Origin: Candidatus Hydrogenedentota bacterium
GTDB lineage: Bacteria; Hydrogenedentota; Hydrogenedentia; Hydrogenedentales; SLHB01
Reading direction: 5' to 3'
Length of the DNA: 64,000 nucleotides
NCBI GenBank assembly: GCA_963668025.2
Contig: CAXXTH010000009.1
Location: 128,315-192,314 of the forward strand
Shown here: piece by piece, positions 30,402 to 40,645 of the stretch
Layout: the number at the start of each line of letters is the position of its first letter
Position numbering within the stretch: position 1 is the first letter of the stretch
Translations under genes and position numbers: made by a program
Notes under the pieces: model-generated
Database searches by the model: none
Seen by the model: only the letters and a program-made list of their open reading frames with translations
What the model was told of the DNA's origin: nothing

Positions 30402-31745
30402 ATGCATAAAGCGTTCTATGTATTAGGATTAGCGGCAATGCTTTTGCCGCTTTGCGCCTGCGGCATCGTGGAAAAAGCCAAAACGGAAAAAGCGAAATCC
30501 GCGAAAGAAACAGAAGAAAAAGAAGAACGCATTATCGTTCCCGTCGAGGCGCAGAAACCGCATCGGGGGCCTGTTTCATCCTATTTCGAGACCACAACCC
30601 GTGTGGAAGCGGAGCGGCGGGTGAATGTGAACTCGGAAGGCACCGGGCGCTGCCTCACTGTTCATGCCGATGAAGGCGATAAAGTGAACAAGGGTGATCT
30701 TCTTGCTGAGTTGGACAAGACGGATATCCAAACGCAGTTGCAGCAAACCGAAGTAAAAGTCCGCCAGACGAAAGTTGATCTAGATCGATCGAAAGAAATG
30801 CTGGCTTCCGGGCTTATTGCGTCAGTGGAATATGATAACGCTCGGTTTGCATATGAAAGTGCATTGGCAAGTTTGGATGTACAGCGGGTGCAACTGAATA
30901 ACCTGTCGATTCAGGCTCCCATCAGCGGCGTGGTGACAAAGCGCATCGCGCAAGTCGGAATGCTGGTGTCCGCTGGTGCGCCAGTCTTCGAGATTGTGGA
31001 TCCTTCTTCTTACATATTGAACATTAATCCGCCAGAAAAGGAGCTGCCGCGCCTCCAGCTTGATCAGAAGGCGAAGGTCACGGTGGATTCGATTGCGGGA
31101 GAAGAATTTGCCGCTTCCGTAACTCGCATCAATCCAAGCGTGGATGCCACGAGCGGCACGGTGAAAGTCCGGCTGGAAATGGATGCGGCGACAAAGGCCA
31201 AGATGCGTGAATCGGCGTTCGCACGTGTCCGTCTCCTCATGGAGACGCATAAGGACGCGCTGCTGATCCCCAAGGATGCGGTGATTGAAGAGAATGCGCG
31301 GTATCATGTCTTTATAGTCGCGGATGAGAAATCCGTTGAATCTACGGATGAAGCCCAAGCAACGTCAGCGCAGGATGATGCTCTGGCCGAAACGGCGGCG
31401 GAGCCGAGCACATCCGCTGCCCCCGATACACCCCAGCCACTAGCAGAAAATATGAAATACGCCCGCCGCGTCGAAGTCGAAGTAGGCCTGTCAGACAGCG
31501 ATTTCACGGAGATTCTATCGGGCCTGGACGATCAATCGTTGGTGATCACCTTGGGGCAGAAGAGTTTAAAACAAGATACGGAAATCAAGGTGACCACATC
31601 CAAAGAAGAGCTGCAAGCATTTTCGACCATTTCCACAGAAGACGCACTAGGCGCAGCCAAAGAGAAGCAGGAAGAACTCAAGAAAATCAGTGAAGAGGAA
31701 CGTCGTGCGGCTAACTCGGAAATGATGAACCGTACGGCCCACTGA
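30402..31745 (+). CDS. RND efflux periplasmic adaptor (MFP), probable lipoprotein
   Basis: Signal peptide with LCAC lipobox-like site; EGDKVNKGDLLAEL, IQAPISGVV, INPSVD. Confidence 0.9.
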   Translation: MHKAFYVLGLAAMLLPLCACGIVEKAKTEKAKSAKETEEKEERIIVPVEAQKPHRGPVSSYFETTTRVEAERRVNVNSEGTGRCLTVHADEGDKVNKGDLLAELDKTDIQTQLQQTEVKVRQTKVDLDRSKEMLASGLIASVEYDNARFAYESALASLDVQRVQLNNLSIQAPISGVVTKRIAQVGMLVSAGAPVFEIVDPSSYILNINPPEKELPRLQLDQKAKVTVDSIAGEEFAASVTRINPSVDATSGTVKVRLEMDAATKAKMRESAFARVRLLMETHKDALLIPKDAVIEENARYHVFIVADEKSVESTDEAQATSAQDDALAETAAEPSTSAAPDTPQPLAENMKYARRVEVEVGLSDSDFTEILSGLDDQSLVITLGQKSLKQDTEIKVTTSKEELQAFSTISTEDALGAAKEKQEELKKISEEERRAANSEMMNRTAH

Positions 31746-31831
31746 AACCGCAGTAGTTAACCTTCGGATGTTGGTGCGATGCCATTCACGGCTTGAATGG
31801 AGCGCGCCTAAACCGCGAGTCCCCTAATCGC

Positions 31832-34800
31832 ATGAGCAACACGACACAAATCAATACTGCGAAGGAACAATTTCTGCCTATTCGCCGGCCCGTCACCACG
31901 GCCATGTTGTTCTTGACGCTGGCGGTGTTTGGCTGGAAGTCGTACCAGCAGCTTTCCTTGAACTTGATGCCGGATATCTCCTATCCCACGCTAACCGTGC
32001 GGACAGAATTCGAAGGCGCTGCGCCCGAAGATGTCGAAAAGCTGTTGACGCGGCCCCTCGAGGAAACGCTGAGCACCGTGAACGGCATGGTCGAGATCAG
32101 CAGTATTTCCTCGCCTGGCCTTTCCGAGATTGTCCTTGAGTACAAGTGGGACACGGACATGAACATGGCCCAGCAAGATGTCCGGGACCGCCTTGATTTG
32201 TTCACACCGCCGGAGGAAGTGACGGATAAGCCGGTCATTCTTCGGTATGATCCCACGCTGGATCCCGTGATGCGGGTGGCCATCACTGGCACGGAAACAT
32301 CGCTCACGGATGACGCCGCGCAAGCGGCGCAAGCCCGCAAAGAGCTTTCCGTGATTCGAGACGTGGCGGAGCGCCATATCAAGAGCGACCTCGAAGGGGA
32401 GCTCGGAATCGCCCAAGTGCTGGTTAAGGGCGGACGCGAAGAAGAGATTCAAATTCTCCTGGATTCCGAGCGCCTCAAGAATCTCGGGATCGCTCCCGCC
32501 ACGGTGGCAAACGCCCTCGCCCAGCAAAACATCAACTTATCGGGCGGCGGCTTGAAAGAAGGCAAAACGGAATACCTTGTCCGTACGCTCAATCAATATC
32601 AAAATATTGAAGAAATACGGCAGACCATTATTCCCGATCCGCAAAACCGCCAAATCCGATTGGATGATGTGGCTACGGTCGTGCAAGGCTTAAAGGAACA
32701 GAAGACCCTGGTGCATATCAATGGCCGCGAGGCCGTCGAGCTGGCCATCTTCAAATGGGGCGACGCCAATACGGTGGAAGTCGCCAATATGCTTAAAGAT
32801 ATGATGGGCTTTCCCCGTGAGAAAAGCGGGATGGAGCGCTTCACGGACTTCATGAATGAGCAGATCCGGCGCATGTCTGCGAAAAGCGACCCTACGAAGT
32901 CGTCTAGCAGCATGCAAGCGGCGAAAAACATCCAGTCTAGATTGCCCAAATTCGCCCATTTGACTCTCATTAGCGATCAATCGCGCTTCATTGTCGGCGC
33001 AATTCAAGAAGTGAAATCCACGGCTTATCTTGGGGGCGTCCTGGCGCTGCTCCTTATCTATCTCTTTCTGCGTGAACTGAAGAGCACCCTCATCATTGGC
33101 ATATCCATACCGCTCTCGATCATTGCCGCTTTCATTCCTATGTTCATGATGGATATCAGCCTCAATATTATGTCGCTGGGCGGGCTTGCTTTGGGGGTGG
33201 GCATGCTGGTGGATGATTCCATCATTGTGCTGGAGAGCATTGTCCGCTGCAAAGAAGAAGGCGACAATGACGTGGACGCGGCGAGCCGGGGCACACGCGA
33301 GGTGTTTGGCGCGGATGCTTCTTCCACTTTCACTACTATCGCCGTATTCTTGCCCATCGCCTTTGTGGAAGGCGTGGCGGGCCAGCTCTTCGGCGATTTA
33401 GCCCTTACCGTGACCTTCTCGCTGCTGGCCTCTCTTGCGGTAGCCCTTTATTTAATTCCGATGCTGGCTTCCCGGCGGCCTTTGGCGTTTCTGTCAAACC
33501 TTGATGTCGTCTGGGTATTGCGTGGCTACCGCCGGAGCCGCAAGGCTGGTATGGGCAGGATGCAAGCGTGCGCCGCAATTCCGCATGAAGCGTTATGTGA
33601 TGCCAAGCAATGGTTTGTTGAATGTGTAGCATATCATGCGAATTCCGCCAAGGCCAGTTTCCAGTTTTGCATGTCCAATGCAAATGGGCCTATTGTTGGC
33701 GTGTTCCGTAAACTACTGCTGCCATTTGCCGCTCTTCAAGTGCTAGCGCTTATAGGCCTTTTCGGACTCACCCTTATACTCAAAACGTTGTCTGCATTTG
33801 TGATTTTTATTCTGTTTATCATCACGACGGTTCTCGCAGCGATTATCTGGGTAGTGGGTGGCGCGCTCTCGATAGTGCTCTGGCTCCCGCTCACCATTTT
33901 TGAGAAGTGCTTTAATGCATTCCGCAACTCCTATAGCGTTTTTCTGCGTTTTCTAATCCCCCTGGGGCCAGGCGTTCTTATCCTTGTTTCGTTACTGGCT
34001 GTTCATGCGGTTGTCCTTGCGCCAAAATTAGGCACTGAACTTATACCGCCCATGAAACAGGGTGAGTTTGGCGTCCGCATGGAAGCCAAACCGGGCACCC
34101 GCTTGGAAAAGACGGCTGAATTGGCGGGAAGTATCGAGCGCGTCGCCACGGAAATGCCTGAAATTGATTCAGTAGCAGTCGAAGTGGGCCGGGAGGAATC
34201 GAAAGAAAGTGCGGAGCGCGGGGAAAATATAGCAGAGTTCACCATTCGCATCAAAGACCCTGAGCAAAACGCACAGCATCAGGATGATATTATTGAACGG
34301 CTGCGAACGGCTGTGGATGGTTTGACGCCATGCAATGTCACATTTACGTTGCCGGTGATTTTTAGTTTCAAATCGGCCGTGGAATTACAGATTCGCGGCG
34401 ACGAATTGGATGAGCTTCGTCGCATCGCGGATGATACGCTCACAGAGGTTCGCGGTGTTGACGGGGTGAAAGACGCGGAAGTATCCATGAAACAAGGCTA
34501 TCCGGAGGTTATCATCCAACTTGATCGCGATTTGCTCGCCGCCAAGGGATTAAATCCGGATACGGTCGCCCAGCGGCTGCGCACCGAGGTGCAGGGCGAC
34601 ATGGCCACGCGGTTTAGCCGTGGCGGCGATAATATTGATATGCGTGTGCGCACGGAACAATCCCGTTTGGCTAGATTGAATGATCTGCGTGCAGTCAGTG
34701 TGTCTGATGGCGCGCCGCCTGTTCCCCTCGAGTCGGTGGCGCATATCTCCGTGCAGGATGGCCCGAGTGAAATCCGGCGGGTGGATCAGCGCCGCACCGC

Positions 34801-35458
34801 CACGATCACGGCCAATGTCGAGGGGCGGGATTTGGGCGCTGTGACCAAAGATATTGAGCAGCGTCTTCAGCATGTAGATATTCCAAAGGATTATCAGTTT
34901 GTATTGGCCGGGCAAAACCGGGAGATTCAAACCTCGTACAAGAGCTTGCAGTTCGCATTGATACTAGCCTTCTTCCTAGTATATGTGGTGATGGCGTGCC
35001 AGTTTGAATCCATCCATCAGCCGGCCCTGGTCATGACGACCGTGCCCATGGCGTTTGTCGGCGTCATTTATGCTCTCTATTTCATGCATATCCATGTGAG
35101 CATTATCGTATTTATCGGCGGCATCGTGCTGGCGGGCGTGGTGGTGAACGACGCCATTATTCTGGTGGATTATACGAACCAGCTTCGGGCGCGAGGGATG
35201 ACTAAGCGTGAGGCCGTCATCCTTGCCGGCCGGGTGCGCTTACGCCCCGTGATGATTACGACGTTGACCACGATTTTTGGCTTGGTGCCCATGGCGGTCC
35301 AGACTGGCCAAGGCGCTGAGATGCGCCAGCCCCTGGCTATAACGATTATAGCGGGTCTTTCCTCGGCTACTATCCTCACGTTGGTGATTATCCCCATCGT
35401 GTATGATTTGTTCGGCGGGCGGGATAAGCCGATAAAGCCGGAGGCGCCGGTTTCATGA
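31832..35458 (+). CDS. RND transporter (AcrB/AcrD/AcrF family), subunit 1, with a hydrophobic insertion after TM6
   Basis: IRRPVTT, GMLVDDSIIVLE, RLRPVMITTLTT; ~150 aa longer than a typical RND. Confidence 0.92.
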   Translation: MSNTTQINTAKEQFLPIRRPVTTAMLFLTLAVFGWKSYQQLSLNLMPDISYPTLTVRTEFEGAAPEDVEKLLTRPLEETLSTVNGMVEISSISSPGLSEIVLEYKWDTDMNMAQQDVRDRLDLFTPPEEVTDKPVILRYDPTLDPVMRVAITGTETSLTDDAAQAAQARKELSVIRDVAERHIKSDLEGELGIAQVLVKGGREEEIQILLDSERLKNLGIAPATVANALAQQNINLSGGGLKEGKTEYLVRTLNQYQNIEEIRQTIIPDPQNRQIRLDDVATVVQGLKEQKTLVHINGREAVELAIFKWGDANTVEVANMLKDMMGFPREKSGMERFTDFMNEQIRRMSAKSDPTKSSSSMQAAKNIQSRLPKFAHLTLISDQSRFIVGAIQEVKSTAYLGGVLALLLIYLFLRELKSTLIIGISIPLSIIAAFIPMFMMDISLNIMSLGGLALGVGMLVDDSIIVLESIVRCKEEGDNDVDAASRGTREVFGADASSTFTTIAVFLPIAFVEGVAGQLFGDLALTVTFSLLASLAVALYLIPMLASRRPLAFLSNLDVVWVLRGYRRSRKAGMGRMQACAAIPHEALCDAKQWFVECVAYHANSAKASFQFCMSNANGPIVGVFRKLLLPFAALQVLALIGLFGLTLILKTLSAFVIFILFIITTVLAAIIWVVGGALSIVLWLPLTIFEKCFNAFRNSYSVFLRFLIPLGPGVLILVSLLAVHAVVLAPKLGTELIPPMKQGEFGVRMEAKPGTRLEKTAELAGSIERVATEMPEIDSVAVEVGREESKESAERGENIAEFTIRIKDPEQNAQHQDDIIERLRTAVDGLTPCNVTFTLPVIFSFKSAVELQIRGDELDELRRIADDTLTEVRGVDGVKDAEVSMKQGYPEVIIQLDRDLLAAKGLNPDTVAQRLRTEVQGDMATRFSRGGDNIDMRVRTEQSRLARLNDLRAVSVSDGAPPVPLESVAHISVQDGPSEIRRVDQRRTATITANVEGRDLGAVTKDIEQRLQHVDIPKDYQFVLAGQNREIQTSYKSLQFALILAFFLVYVVMACQFESIHQPALVMTTVPMAFVGVIYALYFMHIHVSIIVFIGGIVLAGVVVNDAIILVDYTNQLRARGMTKREAVILAGRVRLRPVMITTLTTIFGLVPMAVQTGQGAEMRQPLAITIIAGLSSATILTLVIIPIVYDLFGGRDKPIKPEAPVS

Positions 35459-38400
35459 AATTTTCGTTGCCGGCCATAGCCATCCGGCGTCCGATTTCGG
35501 TCCTGATGCTGTTGATCACGTTTGTGGGGCTAGGCGTTATCGCCTGGCAGCGCTTGCCGCTTGAGTTTTTGCCGAAGCTCGACTTTCCCTTTATTATTTG
35601 CACGATTCCATATCCGGGTTCCACTCCCGAGCAAGTGGAAAAAGAAATCGCCATCCCTGCGGAAGGCGAGTTCCGCACCATTTCCCAGCTTAAACGCATT
35701 GTCACCTCGTCCAACAGCAACATGTGCACTATCCGGATGATTTTCGGATTCGACGCTGATATGGACATTGCGGCGATGGAAGTGCGCGACCGGATGGAGC
35801 GCCTCAAACTAGAGCTGCCGGAATCCGTGGATCGCCTCTTTTTACAGCGATGGAGTTCCGACACCCTGCCCATCATGGTCTTATCGCTGTCGAGCGATAT
35901 GAATTATGACGATTTCTCTTACCTTGTACGCACCGTGGCCAAATCCAGGTTGTTGCGCGTGGATGGCGCGGCGGATGTCCAGATATTTGGAAAGCCCGAG
36001 AAAGAAGTCCTCATTCAACTGGATCAAAACCTGTTGAAGCAGCGTAATGTGAGCTTGTACCAGCTTATTACCACGTTGCAGCAGAGCAGTCTGAATGTAG
36101 CCGTGGGTGATCTTTCCGATGGAGCGCTGCGGTATTATGTGCGGGTGCTGGATGAACTCCGGACGCCGGAGCAGCTTCGTGAGTTGGTTGTAGGGCCCAA
36201 TAGTTTGCGTCTCAAGGATGTGGCGGAAGTGGGATATAGCTCACGCGAAGAAGACGCCGACTACGATATCGATGGCAAGAAGGGGCTTGTCCTGTTTATT
36301 CGCAAGGAATCAGAGGCGAATACCGTCGCTGTATGTACGGCGCTCCAGCATGAGCTTGACGCCATGCTCCAGGAGCCTTCGTTCAAAGGCACGAATAGTT
36401 TTATCATCTTCGATCAATCCAAGATGATTACTTCGGCGTTAAGCGCATTGGTCGATGCGGGAAAATCAGGCGCTCTTTTGGCGATAGGCGTATTGTTCCT
36501 TTTCTTGATGCGCATCCGGCCCACGCTACTGGTCGCGCTCGCCATTCCTACTAGTGTAGTCGCGGCATTGGCGGTCATGTTCTTTGCCGGGATATCGCTC
36601 AACATCATCACTATGCTCTCGCTCATCGTAGCTTTGGGCATGCTGGTGGATAACTCGATTGTGGTTATCGAGAACATATACCGGTATAACCAGCTTGGCT
36701 TGGGGCCGGTGGAGAGCGCTATTCGTGGGGCTGATGAGGTGGGCATGGCCATCACGGCATCCACGCTCACGACAATTGTTGTTTTTGTGTCCATCATGTA
36801 CATGGATGCGGGCGAATTATCTTCCTATATGCAGCAATTCGGGATACCGATCACTGTGGCGCTCATTGCAAGCTTGTTTGTGGCGCTGACGATGATTCCT
36901 TTGGCGGCGAGCCATATGCCAGAGCTGCGTCCTGGCCAGCACCACCCGTTGCATGAACGTCTAGCTGTCTGGGCGCGTATCGCCATGGGTGCCCCTGGGG
37001 CCGCATGTTTCCAGGTTATTGATCGCCTGCATCCGATCAAAGCATTTATAGATGGTTATGAGGCTTGTATGGCATGGGTGTTGCGCTGGCGCATGGCGGC
37101 TGTCTTATTAACTGCCATCCTCATGCTGGTGACTGCGGTCATACCCCTGCAAAGTATGCATGTAAAGGGCACCCCAGAGCCCGATCAGCGCCAAGTCAAT
37201 ATTAACCTTACCTTTGATCAGAATTTTGATCTTGATATGTCGCGCAACGTAGTGGAACAGATAAAAGAGATAGTGAACGCCAAAAAGGATAAACTCGGCA
37301 TCAAGAATGTCTTCGCCAATTATTGGACTCGCGGCGCGGCGGTCATGTTGTTCTTGGTTCAAGAAGAGGATCTCCCGGAAGGCCAGAAGGTGCCGTACTC
37401 CACGCGGGAAGTCCGGGACATCATGTGGCAAAGCATGCCGCAGTTCATGCCAGGCATCGAAGTAAAATTCGAAATTGCCCAAGCGGGCGAAGGCGAGAAA
37501 GGAATTGTGATCCGTCTCCGGGGCGATGATTCGAGCGTTCTGGCGGATTATGCGGAGACGTTGAAAAAGCTGCTTGTCGCCACGGTGCCGGATCTCGAGG
37601 AAGTGCATACGGGGCAAGAGCGGGCCGCCCAGGAAATCCAACTCCGAATTGACGAGACCTTGGCCGCGCAGGCAGGCGTGTCTCCGTATATTATTGCACG
37701 CACCGTGGATTTTGCGCTTCGCGGCACCCAGTTGCCTTATCTCAAGCAGGGCGGGCGCGAAGTGCCGTTATGGGCGCAATTCCGCGAGCAAGACCGGAAA
37801 TCGAAAGCCAATCTAGATAATGTGGGCATTCTCACGGAACGCGCCGGGCTGGTTCCCTTGGGCCGGTTGGTGGATTACACACATGCGATCACCCCGCAGA
37901 CCATTACGCGCGAGAATGGCAAAAACGTGACCTCCGTGACCGCCATGGTGAGGTCGAATAAGCTCAGTAAAGTAGCAGAAGATATCAAGACCGTAACCGC
38001 GCAATTCCAAATGCCGCAAGGCTATACCGTGGAGATGGGCGATACCATCCAGGAATTGGATACGGACATGAGCAATTTCATGATGAGCATGATTCTTTCC
38101 TGCGTCCTCATTTACATTGTCATGGCCGCCCTGTTCGAATCGTATTTGCTGCCCCTATCGATTCTGTTCTCGATTCCTTTGGCGGGGGTCGGCGTGGCCT
38201 GGACCATGTACCTTACCGATACGCCAATGGACGGGATCGCCCTCATCGGCACCGTGCTCATGGGCGGCATTATTGTAAACAATGGCATTGTCATCGTGGA
38301 TCATATTAACCAGCTTAGAAAGCAAGGCCTAAGCCGAAGCGACGCCGTGGTGCAAGCCGGACGCGACCGGTTCCGCCCCGTCATGATGACCGCCTTAACC

Positions 38401-38643
38401 ACGATTCTGGGTTGCGTGCCGGTTGCGATTGGAAGCACCATGGGGTCGGCGCTCGCATTCAATAGCTTAGGTTTGGCGCTTATCGGAGGATTGTCCGCGG
38501 GCACGTTGCTGACCTTGGTGATTGTGCCTCTCGCCTATACGCTCATAGATGATTTGAGCGACTGGAGCATGAATTTCCTGGCCAATGTGGCTGGAATGAA
38601 ACGGCGGGCTGTTGCACCGGACCAAGGGGATGGGCCAGCCTAA
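35455..38643 (+). CDS. RND transporter (AcrB/AcrD/AcrF family), subunit 2
   Basis: IRRPISV, GMLVDNSIVVIENI, RFRPVMMTALTT; ATGA overlap with subunit 1. Confidence 0.92.
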   Translation: MKFSLPAIAIRRPISVLMLLITFVGLGVIAWQRLPLEFLPKLDFPFIICTIPYPGSTPEQVEKEIAIPAEGEFRTISQLKRIVTSSNSNMCTIRMIFGFDADMDIAAMEVRDRMERLKLELPESVDRLFLQRWSSDTLPIMVLSLSSDMNYDDFSYLVRTVAKSRLLRVDGAADVQIFGKPEKEVLIQLDQNLLKQRNVSLYQLITTLQQSSLNVAVGDLSDGALRYYVRVLDELRTPEQLRELVVGPNSLRLKDVAEVGYSSREEDADYDIDGKKGLVLFIRKESEANTVAVCTALQHELDAMLQEPSFKGTNSFIIFDQSKMITSALSALVDAGKSGALLAIGVLFLFLMRIRPTLLVALAIPTSVVAALAVMFFAGISLNIITMLSLIVALGMLVDNSIVVIENIYRYNQLGLGPVESAIRGADEVGMAITASTLTTIVVFVSIMYMDAGELSSYMQQFGIPITVALIASLFVALTMIPLAASHMPELRPGQHHPLHERLAVWARIAMGAPGAACFQVIDRLHPIKAFIDGYEACMAWVLRWRMAAVLLTAILMLVTAVIPLQSMHVKGTPEPDQRQVNINLTFDQNFDLDMSRNVVEQIKEIVNAKKDKLGIKNVFANYWTRGAAVMLFLVQEEDLPEGQKVPYSTREVRDIMWQSMPQFMPGIEVKFEIAQAGEGEKGIVIRLRGDDSSVLADYAETLKKLLVATVPDLEEVHTGQERAAQEIQLRIDETLAAQAGVSPYIIARTVDFALRGTQLPYLKQGGREVPLWAQFREQDRKSKANLDNVGILTERAGLVPLGRLVDYTHAITPQTITRENGKNVTSVTAMVRSNKLSKVAEDIKTVTAQFQMPQGYTVEMGDTIQELDTDMSNFMMSMILSCVLIYIVMAALFESYLLPLSILFSIPLAGVGVAWTMYLTDTPMDGIALIGTVLMGGIIVNNGIVIVDHINQLRKQGLSRSDAVVQAGRDRFRPVMMTALTTILGCVPVAIGSTMGSALAFNSLGLALIGGLSAGTLLTLVIVPLAYTLIDDLSDWSMNFLANVAGMKRRAVAPDQGDGPA

Positions 38644-38680
38644 CAACCCGCTCTATCAACGACAACCAGTGAATTCCGCT

Positions 38681-40522
38681 CTAGAACAGTTCCGGGATCT
38701 TGGTCATATCCACGTTATCCTCGGGCGTATCTTCCTTTGGTATCTCTCTCGCTTGGATAAACTCGCCGGTAAGCATCTCTTTGTAAGCCAGGCCAGGCCC
38801 CACCATCGGGTAGACAAACGCGCTACGGTCGATAAGCACCTCGAGAAAAGCGGGCCCGTCATACGCGATGAACGCTTTGAGCGCTTCCATGACTTCATGC
38901 TTCGCGCCAATGCGCTGGGCGTAACCAAAACCATCGGCTTCGGCGGCCCGTACGAAGTCTTTCTTGTGAAGCGATTTATCCGTACCCGAGAAGCGTTCGC
39001 CGAAGTAGAGGGTTTGCCATTGGCGCACCATGCCATCACCCAGATTGTTGAGTAGCAGGACTTTCACGGGGATGTTATAGGTCGTGGCGGTCTCGAGTTC
39101 GCCTAGATTCATGCGGATGCTGCCGTCGCCATCCACGTCGATGACCACTTTATTGGGGCAGGCCACTTGAGCGCCTATGGCCGCGGGGAGTCCAAAGCCC
39201 ATGGTGCCCATGCTGCCTGAGGTGATCAACGTGCGAGGATATTTAAACCGGCAGTATTGAGCGGACCACATTTGGTGCTGGCCTACGCCGGTGGCGATAA
39301 TAGCCTCGCCTTTCGTGATCTCGTTCAGGCATTCCAGCACATAGTATGGCTGGATGAGCTTGCTTTCCCGGTCGTAATTCATGGCATGCGCTTTTTTCAG
39401 GGCCACGACATGCTTATGCCACGCGGTAAAATCCCGCTTAAATTCTTTTCCGCAGGCTATCAGGTCAAGGATGGCCTGCTTCACATCTCCGGTATGCGCC
39501 CAATCCACGGCCTTTACTTTGCCAATTTCCGCCTCATCTATATCGATTTGGGCGATATGCTTGGCGTTAGGGGCGAATTCAGCGACATTCCCCGCTACCC
39601 GGTCGTCGAATCGAGCGCCGAGGGTGATGAGAAAATCACAATCATCAACGGCGTAATTGGCATATGCCGCGCCGTGCATACCGAGCATATGGAGGGCCAG
39701 AGGCTCCATGGTGTCCATGCTGCTGACGCCCATGAGCGTAGTCACCACGGGAATGTTAAACCGCTTCGAAAATGCGTGCAGTTCTTGAGCGGCATTGGCG
39801 GCGATGATTCCGCCGCCTGCATAAATGAGTGGACGCTTGCTCTGCGCGAGCATGTGGAAAAAGCTGGCGCACTCTGTTTTTGTAATCCGTGATTGGGTCA
39901 GATCTTGGAGGCGTTTCTCGTATCCGCGAAAATGGAGGAGGCCTTCGCCTTTAAAAACGCCCATATGGTTTTGCACGTCCTTGGGCACATCAATGACTAC
40001 CGGGCCTGGCCGCCCGCTCCGGGCAATGGCGAAAGCCGTCCGGACGGTTTCCTCGATTTCCTCGGGATTTTTCACTAAGAACACCTGTTTAGCGCAGGCG
40101 GTCATGATGTTGAATACGGGGGCTTCTTGGAAGGCGTCGCTGCCGATAGCCGAACGGGGCACCTGGCCGCAGATCATCACAACAGGTATGGAATCCGCCA
40201 TGCAGTCGCGAATAGGCGTCACGGCATTTGTCGCGCCGGGGCCGGAAGTGACCAAAAAGCAACCCACCTTGCCGCTGGCGCGGGCGTAGCCAGCCGCCAT
40301 GAATCCCGCGCCCTGTTCATTAGCGGGCACAATCAACCGCAGTTGGTGGTTTTTCGGGTGTTCCTTATTAAAGCGGAAGATAGCGTCGTACGTAGGCAAG
40401 ATGGCGCCGCCGCTATACCCAAAGATGGTGTCCACTCCTTCATCCGATAACACCTGAAGGAGCATTTCCGCGCCGGACATCTGATGCCCTGCTAATGGAT
40501 GTTTTTTTTTCGCTGTGGTCAT
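38681..40522 (-). CDS. ilvB: Acetolactate synthase large subunit
   Basis: FGYSGGAIL, TSGPGATN, DAFQE, LGMHG, GVGQHQMW, GDGS..NN TPP motif. Confidence 0.95.
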   Translation of the reverse strand: MTTAKKKHPLAGHQMSGAEMLLQVLSDEGVDTIFGYSGGAILPTYDAIFRFNKEHPKNHQLRLIVPANEQGAGFMAAGYARASGKVGCFLVTSGPGATNAVTPIRDCMADSIPVVMICGQVPRSAIGSDAFQEAPVFNIMTACAKQVFLVKNPEEIEETVRTAFAIARSGRPGPVVIDVPKDVQNHMGVFKGEGLLHFRGYEKRLQDLTQSRITKTECASFFHMLAQSKRPLIYAGGGIIAANAAQELHAFSKRFNIPVVTTLMGVSSMDTMEPLALHMLGMHGAAYANYAVDDCDFLITLGARFDDRVAGNVAEFAPNAKHIAQIDIDEAEIGKVKAVDWAHTGDVKQAILDLIACGKEFKRDFTAWHKHVVALKKAHAMNYDRESKLIQPYYVLECLNEITKGEAIIATGVGQHQMWSAQYCRFKYPRTLITSGSMGTMGFGLPAAIGAQVACPNKVVIDVDGDGSIRMNLGELETATTYNIPVKVLLLNNLGDGMVRQWQTLYFGERFSGTDKSLHKKDFVRAAEADGFGYAQRIGAKHEVMEALKAFIAYDGPAFLEVLIDRSAFVYPMVGPGLAYKEMLTGEFIQAREIPKEDTPEDNVDMTKIPELF

Positions 40523-40575
40523 GTCGCCTCCTCATGATGCAGCGGCTGTGCCTAACCCGCCCTTTTTGAAGGAAA

Positions 40576-40603
40576 GCGGGCGCTGCTATCATGCAGCGCC
40601 CGC
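40576..40603 (-). terminator. Probable intrinsic terminator after rpsA
   Basis: 11-bp stem gcgggcgctgc/gcagcgcccgc with a 6-nt loop, followed on the minus strand by TTTCCTT. Confidence 0.6.
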
Positions 40604-40645
40604 CATGTGTGTTCATTGATTCGCTGGCCTTGCGGCCGGGCGAAT

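Noticed and set aside
38681-40645. ilvB leader-peptide attenuator
   Set aside because: No Leu/Val/Ile-rich leader ORF; the hairpin is adequately explained as the rpsA terminator.
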